A stretch of DNA of 60,041 nt, filler included, from Basidiobolus ranarum (Eukaryota): assembly GCA_040143965.1 (NCBI GenBank). It is 6 parts of 6 records of this genome, joined end to end, with 100 filler letters (N's around TTAATTAATTAA, not from the genome) between each part and the next. Parts side by side here need not be neighbours in the genome. Positions count along the whole stretch, not along the records: positions 20,113 to 30,053 come from JASJQH010000763.1; positions 30,154 to 40,058 come from JASJQH010000765.1; positions 40,159 to 50,051 come from JASJQH010000766.1; 3 more parts are not named here. One strand, given 5' to 3'. This document shows, piece after piece, positions 27,586-40,607 of this stretch (within the stretch, counting starts at the first letter, position 1; each line of letters begins with the position of its first letter). Under the pieces are notes generated by a model, which saw only the letters and a list, made by a program, of their open reading frames with translations, did no database searches and had not been told where the DNA came from. Position numbers and translations under genes: made by a program.

Positions 27586-28747
27586 AGATGCTATACATAG
27601 AAGGTCATTACTCTGCCTCTTCATACAAATATAATTGTTAGTCTCAATGGATGTCTTGTTTAACACACCTTTGTTTGATCAATCTGTATAATATTGATAC
27701 TTGCCCCTGAACTTACATGTCAGTGCATTAGGATCGTAGCCAACCAAAAGCCACCATCGACGGAAAGTTACTCCTAAATAGTCGACAACCAGAGATTGGC
27801 ACCGGAAATGAGGATAATTGTAAATATGGTATTTTCATGTCAGTGGCACAAATCTTAGACAAGCTCAGGACATGTTGGGGTATGCATGGGGCCTGCTATT
27901 TCGGAGTATATTACGGGGAAATTAAGAAAAAATCACCCTGCCAGTCAGCTTAAATTGATCTTTTGCAATATAAGCAGCCTAACTTTGCTAATGTTGACCG
28001 AGTTAACCAACTTCAACAGATCAGTAAAATTTTCTATTAACATTTCTGCAATATTACGAGTCAAGTGCTTCATAAATCGAGACTGCTTGAGTCATAGGTT
28101 TCATCAAATACTCCGTGATAACATTCAATACCAAGGCCCCATATATATCTCTCAAGATTTAAGTAGAACCTCTCTTAAACGAAGGATGAACGGAGGTAAA
28201 GCCTAGCTTAATGCAGTTACCTACAGCATGGAGGATGAGAGCTATAGGATGTGTTCAAGAACATGTACTGAGACTAACGAGTAAAAAATGGCCTCCTGCT
28301 GCGACACCTAGTGTTGCACAATTGCTAAATTACTATATTAGGTACTATGCAGTCCACGCTAGATAGAGTAGAAAAGAACTCCAAAGCACCTCATAGATTA
28401 GAGCATATAATATGAGCTTCATAGATTAGCGCACGGCAACTGGATATATAAATATCTATGATCTAGAAAATGCATTCGTATAGTTCACTAGTTTATAGCT
28501 TGGATTCTAATTGCTTGGAACACTTTATAATTCGTATTATGAAGATCCAATATGTGCCCCTAAATCGAAAAGTTGGAAATATGCTAAGTAGGGAATGGAT
28601 ATTGTGATTGTCGGATTATTGGTATATATACCAGCTCCCCCATCAATTGCTTCTAGAGAATCGACTTATCTTAGTTCTCAACACATTATTTCATTTTTAT
28701 TGAGTAAATCGCTGTATTTTATTTTAACTTCATAAGCCTAACACACA

Positions 28748-30001
28748 ATGAGTGTACCCCTTCGATATGGTGCGTTTGACAATATCCACGAAGATGTTGA
28801 TATGGAGGTGATTAACGCTCAAAACCATCAATTTTTGCCTGACATTGGAATGGACCCATCCTTTCAATTTCAATTTTCTCCTCGTCCAGTCAACAGTAGT
28901 CTTTATTCAATGCCAATGAGCCCAACAGATCCCAAGGTTCTTGCTACTAAGACAGGCGGTTTTGCACCTCTGGTGTATGATCTTCCTTATGCAAACCCTT
29001 TAAGTAGTTATCCACCATTATTTAGTCAAGAGACGCCTGACTTATATTCTAGTCCGGATTTCTCCGACTTTGTCAAACCTCAAGCTGGCTCTTTATCACC
29101 ACTTAATTCCAATACTGACGGTTCCAAACCTGGCTCACCACCTACTGCCAATTCCACGATAAACAGCTTCCCTGGACTTTACTCAAATTCCGGCTTTGAT
29201 ATGATCGGTATACTGGCGAAAGTTGCCTTGCGTGCTAACCCTCAAATTAATGTTGGATCTGTGGACATGAGCTGTGCCTTTCTTGTTGTTGATGCACGTC
29301 GCTTTGATTTTCCTATCGTCTATGCTAGCGCTTCATTTGAAAAACTTTCTGGTTATTCTGGGCCGGAAATCATTGGTAGAAACTGTAGATTTCTTCAATC
29401 CCCAGATGGTCAAGTGACCCTTGGCTCACGTCGTAAATTTACTGATAATTCCGCAGTACATAACATCAAATCAACTATGATTCAAGGAAAGGAATCGCAA
29501 AATTCGTTGGTCAACTACAAGAAAAATGGCCAACCTTTTATCAATCTGATTACAGTCATTCCTATCGCTTATGATGGTGATGAAATCACTCATTTCGTTG
29601 GTCTTCAGGTTGATTTGGTAGAACAACCCAACAGTATCTTAGAGCGGATGAAGGATGGCACTTATATTGTTAATTACAATTTACTAAGTATTCCTCCTTT
29701 GATCACTACGGAGTTGTTCCATCGCCCCTTCGATGATTTCTTCCAAGCACCCAATAACAACACAAGCTGTTCTATATCCTCGGAGGTATATGATCTTGTT
29801 GGATTGGAGCCTTCTACGGATGATCAAGTAACAAATCGCCTATGGAACCGGATGCTTTTAGAACACTCTGAGGATGTTATTCATGTCTTATCATTGAAGG
29901 GGATTTTCCTCTATTGCTCCCCAAGCTGTAAAAAAGTATTGGAATATGATCCGGATGAATTGGTTGGACAGAACATATCTAGGTCCACGTACCTTACGTA
30001 A
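28748..30001 (+). CDS. wc-1: White Collar-1/MadA-like blue-light photoreceptor with an intact LOV domain; ORF ends early inside PAS-B
   Basis: LYSNSGFDMIGILAKVALRANPQINVGSVDMSCAF N-cap, GRNCRFLQ with the photoactive Cys, NYKKNGQPFINLIT, GLQVDLVEQP, then the start of PAS-B (LSLKGIFLYCSPS...YDPDELVG) and a stop at 29999-30001. Confidence 0.9.
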   Translation: MSVPLRYGAFDNIHEDVDMEVINAQNHQFLPDIGMDPSFQFQFSPRPVNSSLYSMPMSPTDPKVLATKTGGFAPLVYDLPYANPLSSYPPLFSQETPDLYSSPDFSDFVKPQAGSLSPLNSNTDGSKPGSPPTANSTINSFPGLYSNSGFDMIGILAKVALRANPQINVGSVDMSCAFLVVDARRFDFPIVYASASFEKLSGYSGPEIIGRNCRFLQSPDGQVTLGSRRKFTDNSAVHNIKSTMIQGKESQNSLVNYKKNGQPFINLITVIPIAYDGDEITHFVGLQVDLVEQPNSILERMKDGTYIVNYNLLSIPPLITTELFHRPFDDFFQAPNNNTSCSISSEVYDLVGLEPSTDDQVTNRLWNRMLLEHSEDVIHVLSLKGIFLYCSPSCKKVLEYDPDELVGQNISRSTYLT

Positions 30002-30053
30002 GGCAACATCAACTAACTCTCTATCAGCCGCAGCGGCAGCAGAAGATCCAGAC

Positions 30054-30153
30054 NNNNNNNNNNNNNNNNNNNNNNNNNNNNNNNNNNNNNNNNNNNNTTA
30101 ATTAATTAANNNNNNNNNNNNNNNNNNNNNNNNNNNNNNNNNNNNNNNNNNNN
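30054..30153. other. Artificial contig-joining spacer
   Basis: N44-TTAATTAATTAA-N44. Confidence 0.98.
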
Positions 30154-30716
30154 AGTGTTGTTATGATAGAGACTCAAGATTTACTAATACAAGTGAACTG
30201 AGACATTAATGGAAGCACCTATTTGTGTATATATATATATACAGCTCTAATCTAATTGCCAACTGATGCGATGTGAGTACGATTTACTTTTTAGAACCGG
30301 AAATGAATGATGCCAATACTAGGAAATGCCCAACGAAGAACTGAACATAGTGAATTCTACGCTAATTTACACACTAATCATGTTATTGAAACATTACTAA
30401 TTTACTTACCAATGTTTGTGATGACTGGACAGCATTCATCGACTTTAGATCATCTTCATCATTAAATTCATCTGGAAACTTGTAATCTATTGTACAAGAC
30501 AATCGTTTCATCGGACTTGGGAGTTGATGAACACCACTGAATCAGTACGTAAAAGATGTACTGCACAAGAGGAGGTGTGGATCTATCTGATTTTCCTACT
30601 GATACTGGTAATTATTCCGGTATCAAATTATATTTAGGTTCCTTCCATTCGAGAATGGTGATATTAGTTATACTTGATTTATCCCGTGAATTAAGACTCA
30701 TAGCACTTCAACCATT

Positions 30717-32287
30717 ATGAGTAAAAATATTGACCGACGTGATTCAGATAGAGATCGTCATCGTAGTGATTCTACTAGTAGAAGAAGTGACGAGCGTCGT
30801 TATGACGACAGGGATCGTAAACACGGAGATCGTAAATCGTACTCATCTCATTCTAAGTACTCAGACGATGAAGATACACGTGAAAGGAATAATAAAAGAT
30901 ACTCGGAAGAAGGAGAAAGGAAAGGAGAGAAATCGGAAAAGCGTAAGAAACACAAAAAAAAGAGTCGGTCGGACGATTCTGATGAAGAAGATAAAGCTAA
31001 ACTATCAGCTGAATGTTAGTTCATAACTCTTATAGCACGACACTTAGTTTAGTAACTAAACTTCATTCTCTTCCGTTTATCAGTAGCTATTTCCGAAGAC
31101 GACTACTTTTTGAAAGCCACAGAGTTCAAAATCTGGTTGAAAGAAGAAAAAGGAAAGTATATCGACGAGTTGAGTTCCGACAAAAGTCGCTCTTATTTCA
31201 AAAAGTTTGTGAAGGATTGGAACAGGGGAAAGCTATCTAGTCAGTGTTATATTCTACTCTTTACATTCCGCATGTTTTGTTTGCTTACTAAAGAAAACTT
31301 CAGAAAAATATTACGATGGAATAAGGCCCTCTCAAGTTGCTAGCTCTGATGGTACTAGATACAAGTGGAGCTTCGCAAAGAAAATGGTAGATAGAATAAG
31401 ATCTAAAATTTCAGAGTTATTGATCTAATTGTTTTCACCTTCATAGAATCAGTACGAATTGGATTCCGTTCGTGATTCTATTGATACAGCAACTAATGTC
31501 AAGTTCCCAACTGAGGTGACACGTCGTACTGGTGTGGATAGTAGTAAAATGGTCGCCCAGCCTGAAAAGAGGGTGATAGGTATGAATATGCAAGTATACC
31601 AGGCCATATGTACAATTGATTAAATTTATCAATGTGATAGGGCCAAGTATGCCTTCAAAGGAGCAATTCAAGCAATACGATGAAGGTGACGAAAGAACAC
31701 AAAAAGTTATTTTTATTGAAAGTTGCTAACTATTTTCTAAATATAAAGAAATGGACGAAGAAGATAGAACAAGATACGAGAGAGCTCTACGAAAGAAAGA
31801 TCAAAAGCGTTTCAGCAAAAGTCGTGATGCAGACTTGGAAGAGCTGGTCCCCAAAGCAACCGGAAGGTTAGTTCTCATTATGAGATTGCTATTTGTATAT
31901 CCTATATTTATTAACACTGATGTTGAAGAGAGGCAATGCTCGAGAAAAAGCGAGCAATCACCGCATTTCACCGGCGTGAAGCCAGTCCAGACGTGGAGCT
32001 ACCTGATTCTGAACTAATGGGTGGTGATGATTTCCAAAGCAGGTATGCGAGTTGTTTCATACTAGTACCTAGTGGATGAATTTCCCTACTAAATTATTCC
32101 CAGACTTGCAGCAGAAAAGAGAAGGAACGAGGGCCGTAATTCACGGAAGCAACAGATCCAAGCTGAGAAAGCAGCACTCAACGAAGATAAGTTAAAAGCT
32201 TATCAAGCCAAAGAAAGCGCCACCATCGAAATGTTCCGCCAGATGGCTCAGCACAACCAGCTGATGCAGCATCGTCCACCTCAATAA
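30717..32287 (+). CDS. Multi-exon RD/RS-rich nuclear protein similar to plant style cell-cycle inhibitor 1 (SCI1)-like proteins
   Basis: Arg/Asp/Lys-rich N-terminus, ISEDDYFLKATEFKIWLKEEKGKY...YFKKFVKDWNRGKL, LEELVPKATGREAMLEKK and LMGGDDF, ending ...HRPPQ* at 32287. Confidence 0.7.
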
Positions 32288-32874
32288 TTTCGTATTTTTC
32301 ACTTTTACGATCCACCCCATATAGGTTAGGATCGCAGTTAGTATCTTGGCCAAACTGAGCATTTTCGAAATATCCGATCATTTTTTGTTCGAAAAGTAAC
32401 CAGCGAACACAACGCTACAGCTCGTTCGTTCGCAATTGAATAAAATATATAGAATATATGCATGGTAAGATGACCAGAATAGAATGTATGCGTGAGATAA
32501 GGTATATTAATCTATCAAGTAGCCAGTATTTCAAATCTATTATTAATAAATGATTTAGTATTATATTATATTCGATTATAAATTCATTTTTCATTTCGCT
32601 GTCATCGAGATTTTTATTTCGCTTTTTCCTTTGCTACTGTTATTCATCTTGATATTTCATTCGGAGCGCTTTGTAAAATAAAGTTACTTTTGTTTCTTTC
32701 GCAAAGTGATTTCACATTTTGACTATACCAAGTCTTTGTATTTTTAAGACATATAGATCCAACTTTTTCAACCAATATATAAGCACTTTATTTGAAGTTC
32801 AATTGTCGAATTGGTTCATTTCCAATATCTTCAATTGTTAGAACCGTTTTCTTTTTTATCACGAAGTTATCAAA

Positions 32875-34075
32875 ATGCTTGAGACGTCTCCAATTACAAA
32901 CATCAACAATAGCACAGGTGTTTCCACTGCAACAGCCTTAACACCTGTTGCCTCCAGTGAACCAGCATCAGTAGCATCTTCGAAAAGTAAGATAATTTCG
33001 AATTTCTTTTTGTTTACTTTGATAATTCTTTTATAAACCCTCTTTTTTTCTCGAAGATACACCATTAAATATTTGATTAGAATTAAAGCCATTAACAGGT
33101 ACATCTTCCTCCGTCAAAGAAACCAAATCTGGCTCATTTTTTTCAAGACTATTTCTTCGACTTTGTGGAGCTCCTAACGCTTTAAAAGAAGAGGAAAATA
33201 CTACCCCTAATCCCTCTGATAACTCTTCTAAAATCACTGCTAAAGAAATGGAAACTACTGAACCTCAACTCAATTTGAAGGATCAACGTGAAGGTCCTAC
33301 TGAAATGCAGAAGGTAGCTCTTTCTGTATAAAACCAGTCAATTTGGCATCATGCTAATACTATTATATTACTTAAGACTTCTATCAGTTCGTTGTTACCT
33401 CCATTAGACCCTCGGGATATAGGAAAGAAATGCTTGGTATTAGATCTTGACGAAACGTTAGTTCATAGTTCATTTCAACCAGTTCAACCAGTAGACTATG
33501 TCATACCGGTAGAAATTGATGGTCAAATGCAAAATGTCTATGTGCTGAAAAGGCCTGGAGTTGACGAATTCCTGGCCCAGGTTGGTAAATGGTATGAAGT
33601 GGTGGTATTTACTGCCAGTCTATCTAAGGTAATCATAATACTTCTGGTTGGAATTAACTATGAGCAATCTGGCTGACATTATTTATCGTTACGAATCTCT
33701 GTAGTATGCCGATCCAGTCATGGACCTACTGGACGTTGACCGGGTAGTTAGGCATCGTCTCTTTCGAGAGGCATGCTCCAATCACGGTGGAAGCTTTGTT
33801 AAAGTAATCAATTTGTCAAAAGAGCGTTATCATTATTGAGGGAAGTTATTAACTGGAATTTTTAGGACCTTTCCTTACTAGGTCGTGATTTAGCAAATGT
33901 TATTATTGTAGATAACTCACCAACCAGCTACATTCTACATCCAACCAACGCGGCACCAGTTAGCTCTTGGTTTAATGATTTACACGACTCCGAGCTTTTG
34001 GACCTGGGCCACTTTCTGGAAGATATTCGCGATGTAGATGATGTTACAGTAATCTTGAACTCCAGCTTACATTAA
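32875..34075 (+). CDS. Psr1/Psr2-like small CTD (NIF/FCP1 HAD-family) phosphatase
   Basis: [15 protein letters not shown] catalytic motif, [53 protein letters not shown] and SSWFND across GT-AG introns. Confidence 0.92.
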
Positions 34076-34825
34076 ACTGAATGAATGAACTTGGGTGAAA
34101 TCTCACTTGTTAAACCTACTCTTACTTAATCTCCCATATTTCTGTTAGTTCCCCTCCTTACGTTTTATCTGCTCATTTGCCTTTCCCATCTTTAAACAAC
34201 TCTATCGTTTCCCCCTTCTGTCATAAGAGCTTTATCAGATTTTGTACACTACGCCACCATTCTCGTTAGCAATTCTTATGTTCTTTTCCAATTTCATCTT
34301 TTATACATCATCCCTGTTTCCTAAAATTTGGAGATACTTTGATTATCTCTTAATCTTGTTTCACATCATGATCCAAAATCTACTTTGAAATTAAACACGT
34401 AGAATAGATAAACCATATTCCACTACATCCACCACATCCACACTCACCTATCCGATGTGTCTCGAATTGAATACAACCACCATAGAAAATCCTAGGATTA
34501 TAGAAGATCGTATCTACATCATCAAAAATGGAAAGATTTATCTCGGTTTGAAGAGTGTTCGATACGTGTATAATGTGAGTGGAATACAAGAGAGGTAAGT
34601 GGGATTGGGTGCTTGTAAGGAGAGGCGACTGGAGGCACTTGTATGGAGAGGTCATATATATGGCTTTTGTGAGGGAATTTCGTCTAAAGTGGAGATCGAT
34701 GAGAAGGGGGAGGGTATACGATAATAATCACAAATGTGGTGGGTGATGGGAGAGTATATTTATATGGGTATACCAATAAAATGGATTAAGAATGCTGTAT
34801 ACGTGGCATGTATCAATCTAATAAA

Positions 34826-37800
34826 CTACTTGAGGTTTCCGACATTTCTCATACGATAGCCTGAATGTGGATTAGAGTCGAATCCTTCGTCTTCTCCCTC
34901 CAACTGAGAGTCACCATCATAATAGGAACTTCCTAAACTTTCGGCATCGTTCACCATAAGTCCTTGAACCGAATCATGATCTTCGCTTCCAAACACAGTA
35001 TGGTTGAGATGGGTGGGGGTCATGTTCTTTAAACGTCTGCGTTCTTTACGCTTCATTGTTCGGATATGGCGACGTTCATAGTCCTCCCATCTTCTTAGAG
35101 TAATCTTCGAGGAATCAAACACTCCTTCTTTCTTACTGTGGTCATCACCTTTGCTTTCTCCATCAACACGTCTGTAAGTCGAAATTCAAGAAAATGGGAT
35201 TAATTCGATGAAGATTGAAGAGATGGATTCTAGAGAAATTACTTACCGTGTTTCTCCCCAAGAGAAATCATCAAAATGCCAATAAGCATAGACGGGTAGA
35301 ATAAAATTCCATACCGGAAGTGCCACCAGGTAAATAAGCATCCAAGCAATATAAACTAGCTTACGAGTGGTAAGAAGAATCAATACAGCCGGTAAGAAGA
35401 GAATCAACAGCAAAAGAATCAATGGTAGATAACTTGAAGCGTCTACGAATTCCGTTTGTGCTAAATTCACAATCAACACAAATGTCATGATAATGGCAAT
35501 TGGTAGTGATACGGTACCAAGTAATTCCATCACTACAACAAATTGCATGGAAAAACAGAAAGTCCCACACAAGTTACGCACCAAAGATAATTCAAGAAGA
35601 TTGTGAATCGTGGAGTTGATCCAGCGACGACGTTGTGATAGTAATACACTGAATTCATCTGGTACTACCGTCTTACAAACTGCCTGAGGTACAAACATCA
35701 TCTTACGGTTCGGGAAATTACGTAACATCAATGTGGTCAGGAATCGGTCCTCTCCCAGCAATAACAGATTCTTCTGGTGGAGGGTTTCCACCACATTCTG
35801 CGAATACTCCTGGACAATTTCAGGCTTAGTGATAATCGGAACCCAGTCATTGTCACCTTTGCGCGCCTTCAAACGGTACATACAGAAGCAACCAGGAAGA
35901 CACGTAACACCACCGAAAACCGACTCGAACCCTTTACCAAGATGGTGAGAGATGTAGTATTCGAATACTTGAATGGCCGTAACCCATGAGTCTCGCTTAT
36001 TGGCGATTCTAGTCTCACCACAAAGTCCCATGATTAGAGGATCGTTTTGAACGCAATTGATCAATAAACGTAGGGAATCTGGGTAGACTTTAGTATCAGC
36101 ATCAACCATTAACACGATTTCGAAATAATCCGGCGTCACTCCCATCAGATATTGGGTTTTCTTGAAGAGATCGTAGTCCAATGGAGACATGCGATCATTG
36201 TAGGTAACTCGACTATAAAAGTTCATCAAAATAATCTGTGAATCACGTTTTCCCCTGTTTCCGGGTTTGGGGCCACTTTGTTCTTCGGGAGTACCACATT
36301 TAACTACAACTATGGTGGGTACACGGTGTCCCTTGTGATTGAAGTGTCCCGCATACACTTTCGCCATGTTGTGTTGCTTGGAGCCTGCAGCAACTGCCAT
36401 ATAACTCATAGGCTCAGGGTTCGCAAAGGCAGGTTCAATCTCCAAGAGGTCCACACAGATATCAGGTGTACTACGGTCATTTCCACTACCGGTGATGATT
36501 CCGTCAGCAATGATAAAGAGAAGTTTATGATCGTCGCCGTATTCGGTGGCAGCTAAACTTTCAATGGTGCAACGGATAGAACTCTCTCCCTCAGAATAAC
36601 ATGTAACCAATAGGATGGTGAATAATTCACTGGATTCCAAGTTAACATTCACTTCGGGTAAACTAACGCTACTTGCCCCAAAGCTTGACATGCTAGAGTT
36701 TTGGTGAATTGCCCAAGGAGAAGAACGAGAAACCACAATGGGCTGGGTTTTACTCTTCGGTGGAGGTCTGGCAAGTTTGAACGAGATCAACCAATCGAAG
36801 ACCACCGCCATCAAAAATCTACTCAATACAAGGCCTAAGATAACTACCATGGAAACAATGAAGAATAACTTCACTCCAAAGCATCCGGTAGTGGCTTTGC
36901 TTAGATGGCCAGCCTTGTACTTCTTTTGAAGACATGGTACTGAATCCTTAAGTTGTTGATGACGTACGAATAATCGAGTAGCGTCGACAATCTTATTTTT
37001 AGTGGCTTCACGAATGGTCAAATCAACCATATCGTTAGGAATTGGATTAGGGTTGGCTTGCATATAAGCGTTGAAGTTCAAAACCAATCCATCAATTACG
37101 AAATAATTTTCAGTAAGATCGGACCACTCGTATCCAACAGATTTACGGAGGTTCACAAGGCCAAAAGCAACTTGAACAGCCTCGATGGGCTGTAGAGGAC
37201 ATCCATTACCAGCACAAGGGTCATTAGCAACCGCAGCAAAACCTTGCAAACTAGGTATTTGACACTCTGGAATTCCAGTACCATGTTGGAAAAGATTCGT
37301 CAGATCTGAGGCTTTTGAAATACCAGTTAACTGTGGAGGGGCGGACTGAGAATTGGCTGCACTCCACATTATTCCGCCTACACCAAAAGTACCTAGAAAG
37401 TAGAGTAAATTTAGTAAGCGTTTGGGAAAAGTTCACTATGGTTAGAAATAAATTCATACCAGGAACACCATCCCCAATCGAGATGAAATTTTTAGAATCG
37501 ACTAAACTAGATTGTGGGCAAAATACATATGGTAGACCCAGCGTTAAGAAGGCTACTATGGCACAGATAAATCCAACTAAAATACACAAGGCAACTTTCT
37601 CTCTCCAAGCCTGACGAACAGCTTTATCGGGAAGACCACATTTACTTATTAGGAAACTAGGGGCCCAAAATGTTATGATTCTTGAAAACAGCACCCATGC
37701 GTCGAAAGGCTTTCGACTGTCTTTACCACTCAACATAGGAGCTGGTGCCTGATTTCTATCAGGCCTAGTCAGTGTTCGACCACGTCGAAGGGTGGCCCCT

Positions 37801-37826
37801 CGTTGTGCATTTCCACTTTCTGGCAT
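34826..37826 (-). CDS. Chitin synthase, class IV (Chs3-like), no myosin motor domain
   Basis: TCYSEG, GNRGKRDSQ, MVDADT, CLPGCF, LGEDRFLT, QRRRWINST, LCGTFCFSMQF and HFDDFSWGETR motifs. Introns near 37395-37459 and 35173-35246. Confidence 0.93.
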
Positions 37827-39578
37827 TTTTTCTTACTATAAAGAAAGCTCAGCAATACTGATCAGGTCTATGTCTACTGTAGTGTATGCTAAAGAGACAA
37901 GAAGTATAACTATTGAGGACTCAACTATATGTATTGGTATGAGTATGAGTATGATTGAGAGGTTGTAATGACAAGAATGGTCGAGAAATAAACAAAAATA
38001 AAAAAGGAACACTTGAAGGAACTGTTTATGATGCACCCAACCGTGAGACCATAAGTAGGTAACTATGGGGGAACCTCAGCCAGTTTTAAGAGAAAAGATA
38101 TTCGATTGAGTACAACCCCAATCTTTTTCTTTCCTACAACCATGTTGGTATGCACCCATCCTCCCAATTAGCAGTAACGGGAAATTACAAATAGTAAATT
38201 ATTCCCTAAGACAACCAATTATTTTCTCTTCCAAAAGCATCGCAGTACTATGCAGGCGACCAATTGAACGTAGCATTCGAAACCTGTAATGAACTCTTTT
38301 AGTAAAAGAACTAAAAAAAAGAAATATACCTGTGTGACATTGCTATTCAAAGCTTATCTGGCCAGCCCGCAATCATTGAACTAAGTATAGATGCTTAAAC
38401 TATCTATAGAAAAGCTGGATACTGAGCATAGTGATATGTACGCTTGTCCTCAACAACGCAATGTCACACGAAGAGAAATCACCATGGAGACCATTTGCAA
38501 GCCTGGCCTAGAAGTATATTCTAGATTCTAACTAGCAAAGCAGAGCAATGTCAGATTTGAGAATCTACAACTGACTGCTATGATCAAAGTGGAATGCTTC
38601 TCCCACAACATTGAATGAAGTGTAAAATCCATTAAGCAGTCAACATAACAACGTATTGAGTGATAGATTCCATAATGATACAATGGAAAGTGACACGGAG
38701 ATGCACATGTTTGCTTTTCCATCTGGATGACATCGTTGATGAGTAGGGTTAGGGTTCAATATCTTGATACAAGCTCGTTTGTTAATTAAAGCAATTTAAA
38801 TAATTTATAGTCTTTCTTGGCATTCTATATTATATTGAGCCGTTGAGTCGCTGTTCCGCTGGTAGATTCCGCTAATATTATATTTGGAGTTGATTGAGCC
38901 ACTTGATTGGTTGTACTCCTTTCCTTTTGGAGTGAAATTTAGGATCGTGTATGTTGATACTTAATCTGAGCCATCAACCATCAATCATCTGCTATTAAAT
39001 CCAGATATCAATAGCATATGATAATGCATTGGCGCTGGACATTGATGTGTTTTATTATGTTTCTACGTCGAGCTGAAGTGTTATTGGATGTTCAAATATG
39101 GAAAAAGGTAATTAGTCTGAATCGGAATATCATTGGTCAGCGCTCAAATTAATGCCCACTTCATGGATCTATAGATGGTGTTCTTTGTTATAAATGAAAA
39201 TCATCTTTCCTACAGTTTAAAGGGATTTGTACAAATATTTGGAATATTGGATTATAGCAGAATTCAAAAGCAGAGTAGGATGACGTATATTTAGTCCAAC
39301 TCATAGAATTCCATCAGCACGGAGATGTCTCTCTGCCACTTAAAAGTACACAGACACCCAGAATTCGGCCATTTGATAAATTAAATTGGAGTAATATTTG
39401 ATGTTTAGGGTGGGCAATGAGAGCATTAGGTGGTACGAATTTAATGTCAAGTGTTCAAGTAGTTATTAGAGATGGAGTGAAAAGAAGTGAAAACAGTTTA
39501 AACAGAAAGCATTCGATTGTTTGCTCGCATTTATAAGAAGGCGCTTAATTTTACACTACATAATTTAATGGTGTTTCC

Positions 39579-39836
39579 TCAAGGTATAAAAACTTCGTCG
39601 TACATGTCATACCAGTTAATTCCTTTTAATCTACTTGCATTCCCATTACTCCAGAAATCGAGGCAGTTCGAGTAACATCCAAAGTCAAATGGATTATGGT
39701 TGGGGTTAATTCGGCGATTGCGATGGCTATGTTCAGTCACTTCGGTGGCCATTAAGTGAACGGGTGCGGCTAAATAGCTGTACCGGTGTGAATTAAAGTT
39801 CTCATTTGTAGTAATGGCTATTGTGATTTGATAAAT
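39579..39836 (-). CDS. Terminal exon of a DHHC palmitoyltransferase (Akr1-like); upstream exons lie beyond the contig edge
   Basis: After a polypyrimidine/CAG acceptor at 39839-39837: IYQITIAITTNENFN (TTxE motif) ... NPFDFGCYSNCLDFW (PaCCT motif). Confidence 0.75.
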   Translation of the reverse strand: MYQITIAITTNENFNSHRYSYLAAPVHLMATEVTEHSHRNRRINPNHNPFDFGCYSNCLDFWSNGNASRLKGINWYDMYDEVFIP

Positions 39837-40058
39837 CTGAAGTATGGATAGAAAAGTAAGAAACATTCTAACTTAGTTTCCGAATTGAAGGTTGACCCCG
39901 TTCCGATAAGTAGTGACAATTTTTGCTACTTCATAAGAAGCTATCTAATGAGCATACTTCATGTTGACTGGTTCGTAAGAGCAGCACTGAAAGTACTTAT
40001 CCCGATACTTGAGTATTAAATCTTTATAGGCTCTTGATTCTGTCGAAGCTTTCTGTTT

Positions 40059-40158
40059 NNNNNNNNNNNNNNNNNNNNNNNNNNNNNNNNNNNNNNNNNN
40101 NNTTAATTAATTAANNNNNNNNNNNNNNNNNNNNNNNNNNNNNNNNNNNNNNNNNNNN
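40059..40158. other. Artificial contig-joining spacer
   Basis: N44-TTAATTAATTAA-N44. Confidence 0.98.
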
Positions 40159-40607
40159 TGTCAATATTCCAAGTAAATTCCAACTGAGAATAATGGGTCA
40201 TATCTTAGTTCAATATAAGATAACTAAGTACTAAGCTATATATGACTATATAAGTGTTTAGGCAATGCTAATTTCAACAGAGCAATCACTTTTTGAGATA
40301 TATATGTTGTGTGAAAATCATACATAGTAAGGCTTTTTAGGGAAAGTCAAGGATGGTATTGGAATTTGCTCAATTTTACTTCAGGGTCTGTAAAATGGTA
40401 TATATCCATGTTTTGTAGACTTTCAATTATCAAATAATCATATATTGATTGGGATCCAATCAAGTTTATTATGAACAGAGTAATCTGTAAAGTAAGCTTG
40501 CTTGGAATGAATAGCAGAACTGCTTGATACTCCAGTCTAACCTACAAAAGTTGATGATGATACAAAAGTGAAGACTCTCTAGGAGATGTGGGGGATATAT
40601 TCCAAGA

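Noticed and set aside
28391-28429. 11-bp direct repeat TCATAGATTAG upstream of wc-1 as a possible light-response element
   Set aside because: Only two copies and no clear match to the GATN-repeat White Collar element; it cannot be distinguished from a chance micro-duplication.
30250-30650. Minus-strand exon-like pieces (DYKFPDEFNDEDDL... followed by GTAAGT)
   Set aside because: I could not build an open spliced model with a start codon and recognised no family.
20883-37826. Apparent polarized-growth cluster (kinesin, v-SNARE, chitin synthase)
   Set aside because: The chitin synthase lies on a different contig across the 30054-30153 spacer, and kinesin-SNARE adjacency alone is unremarkable.
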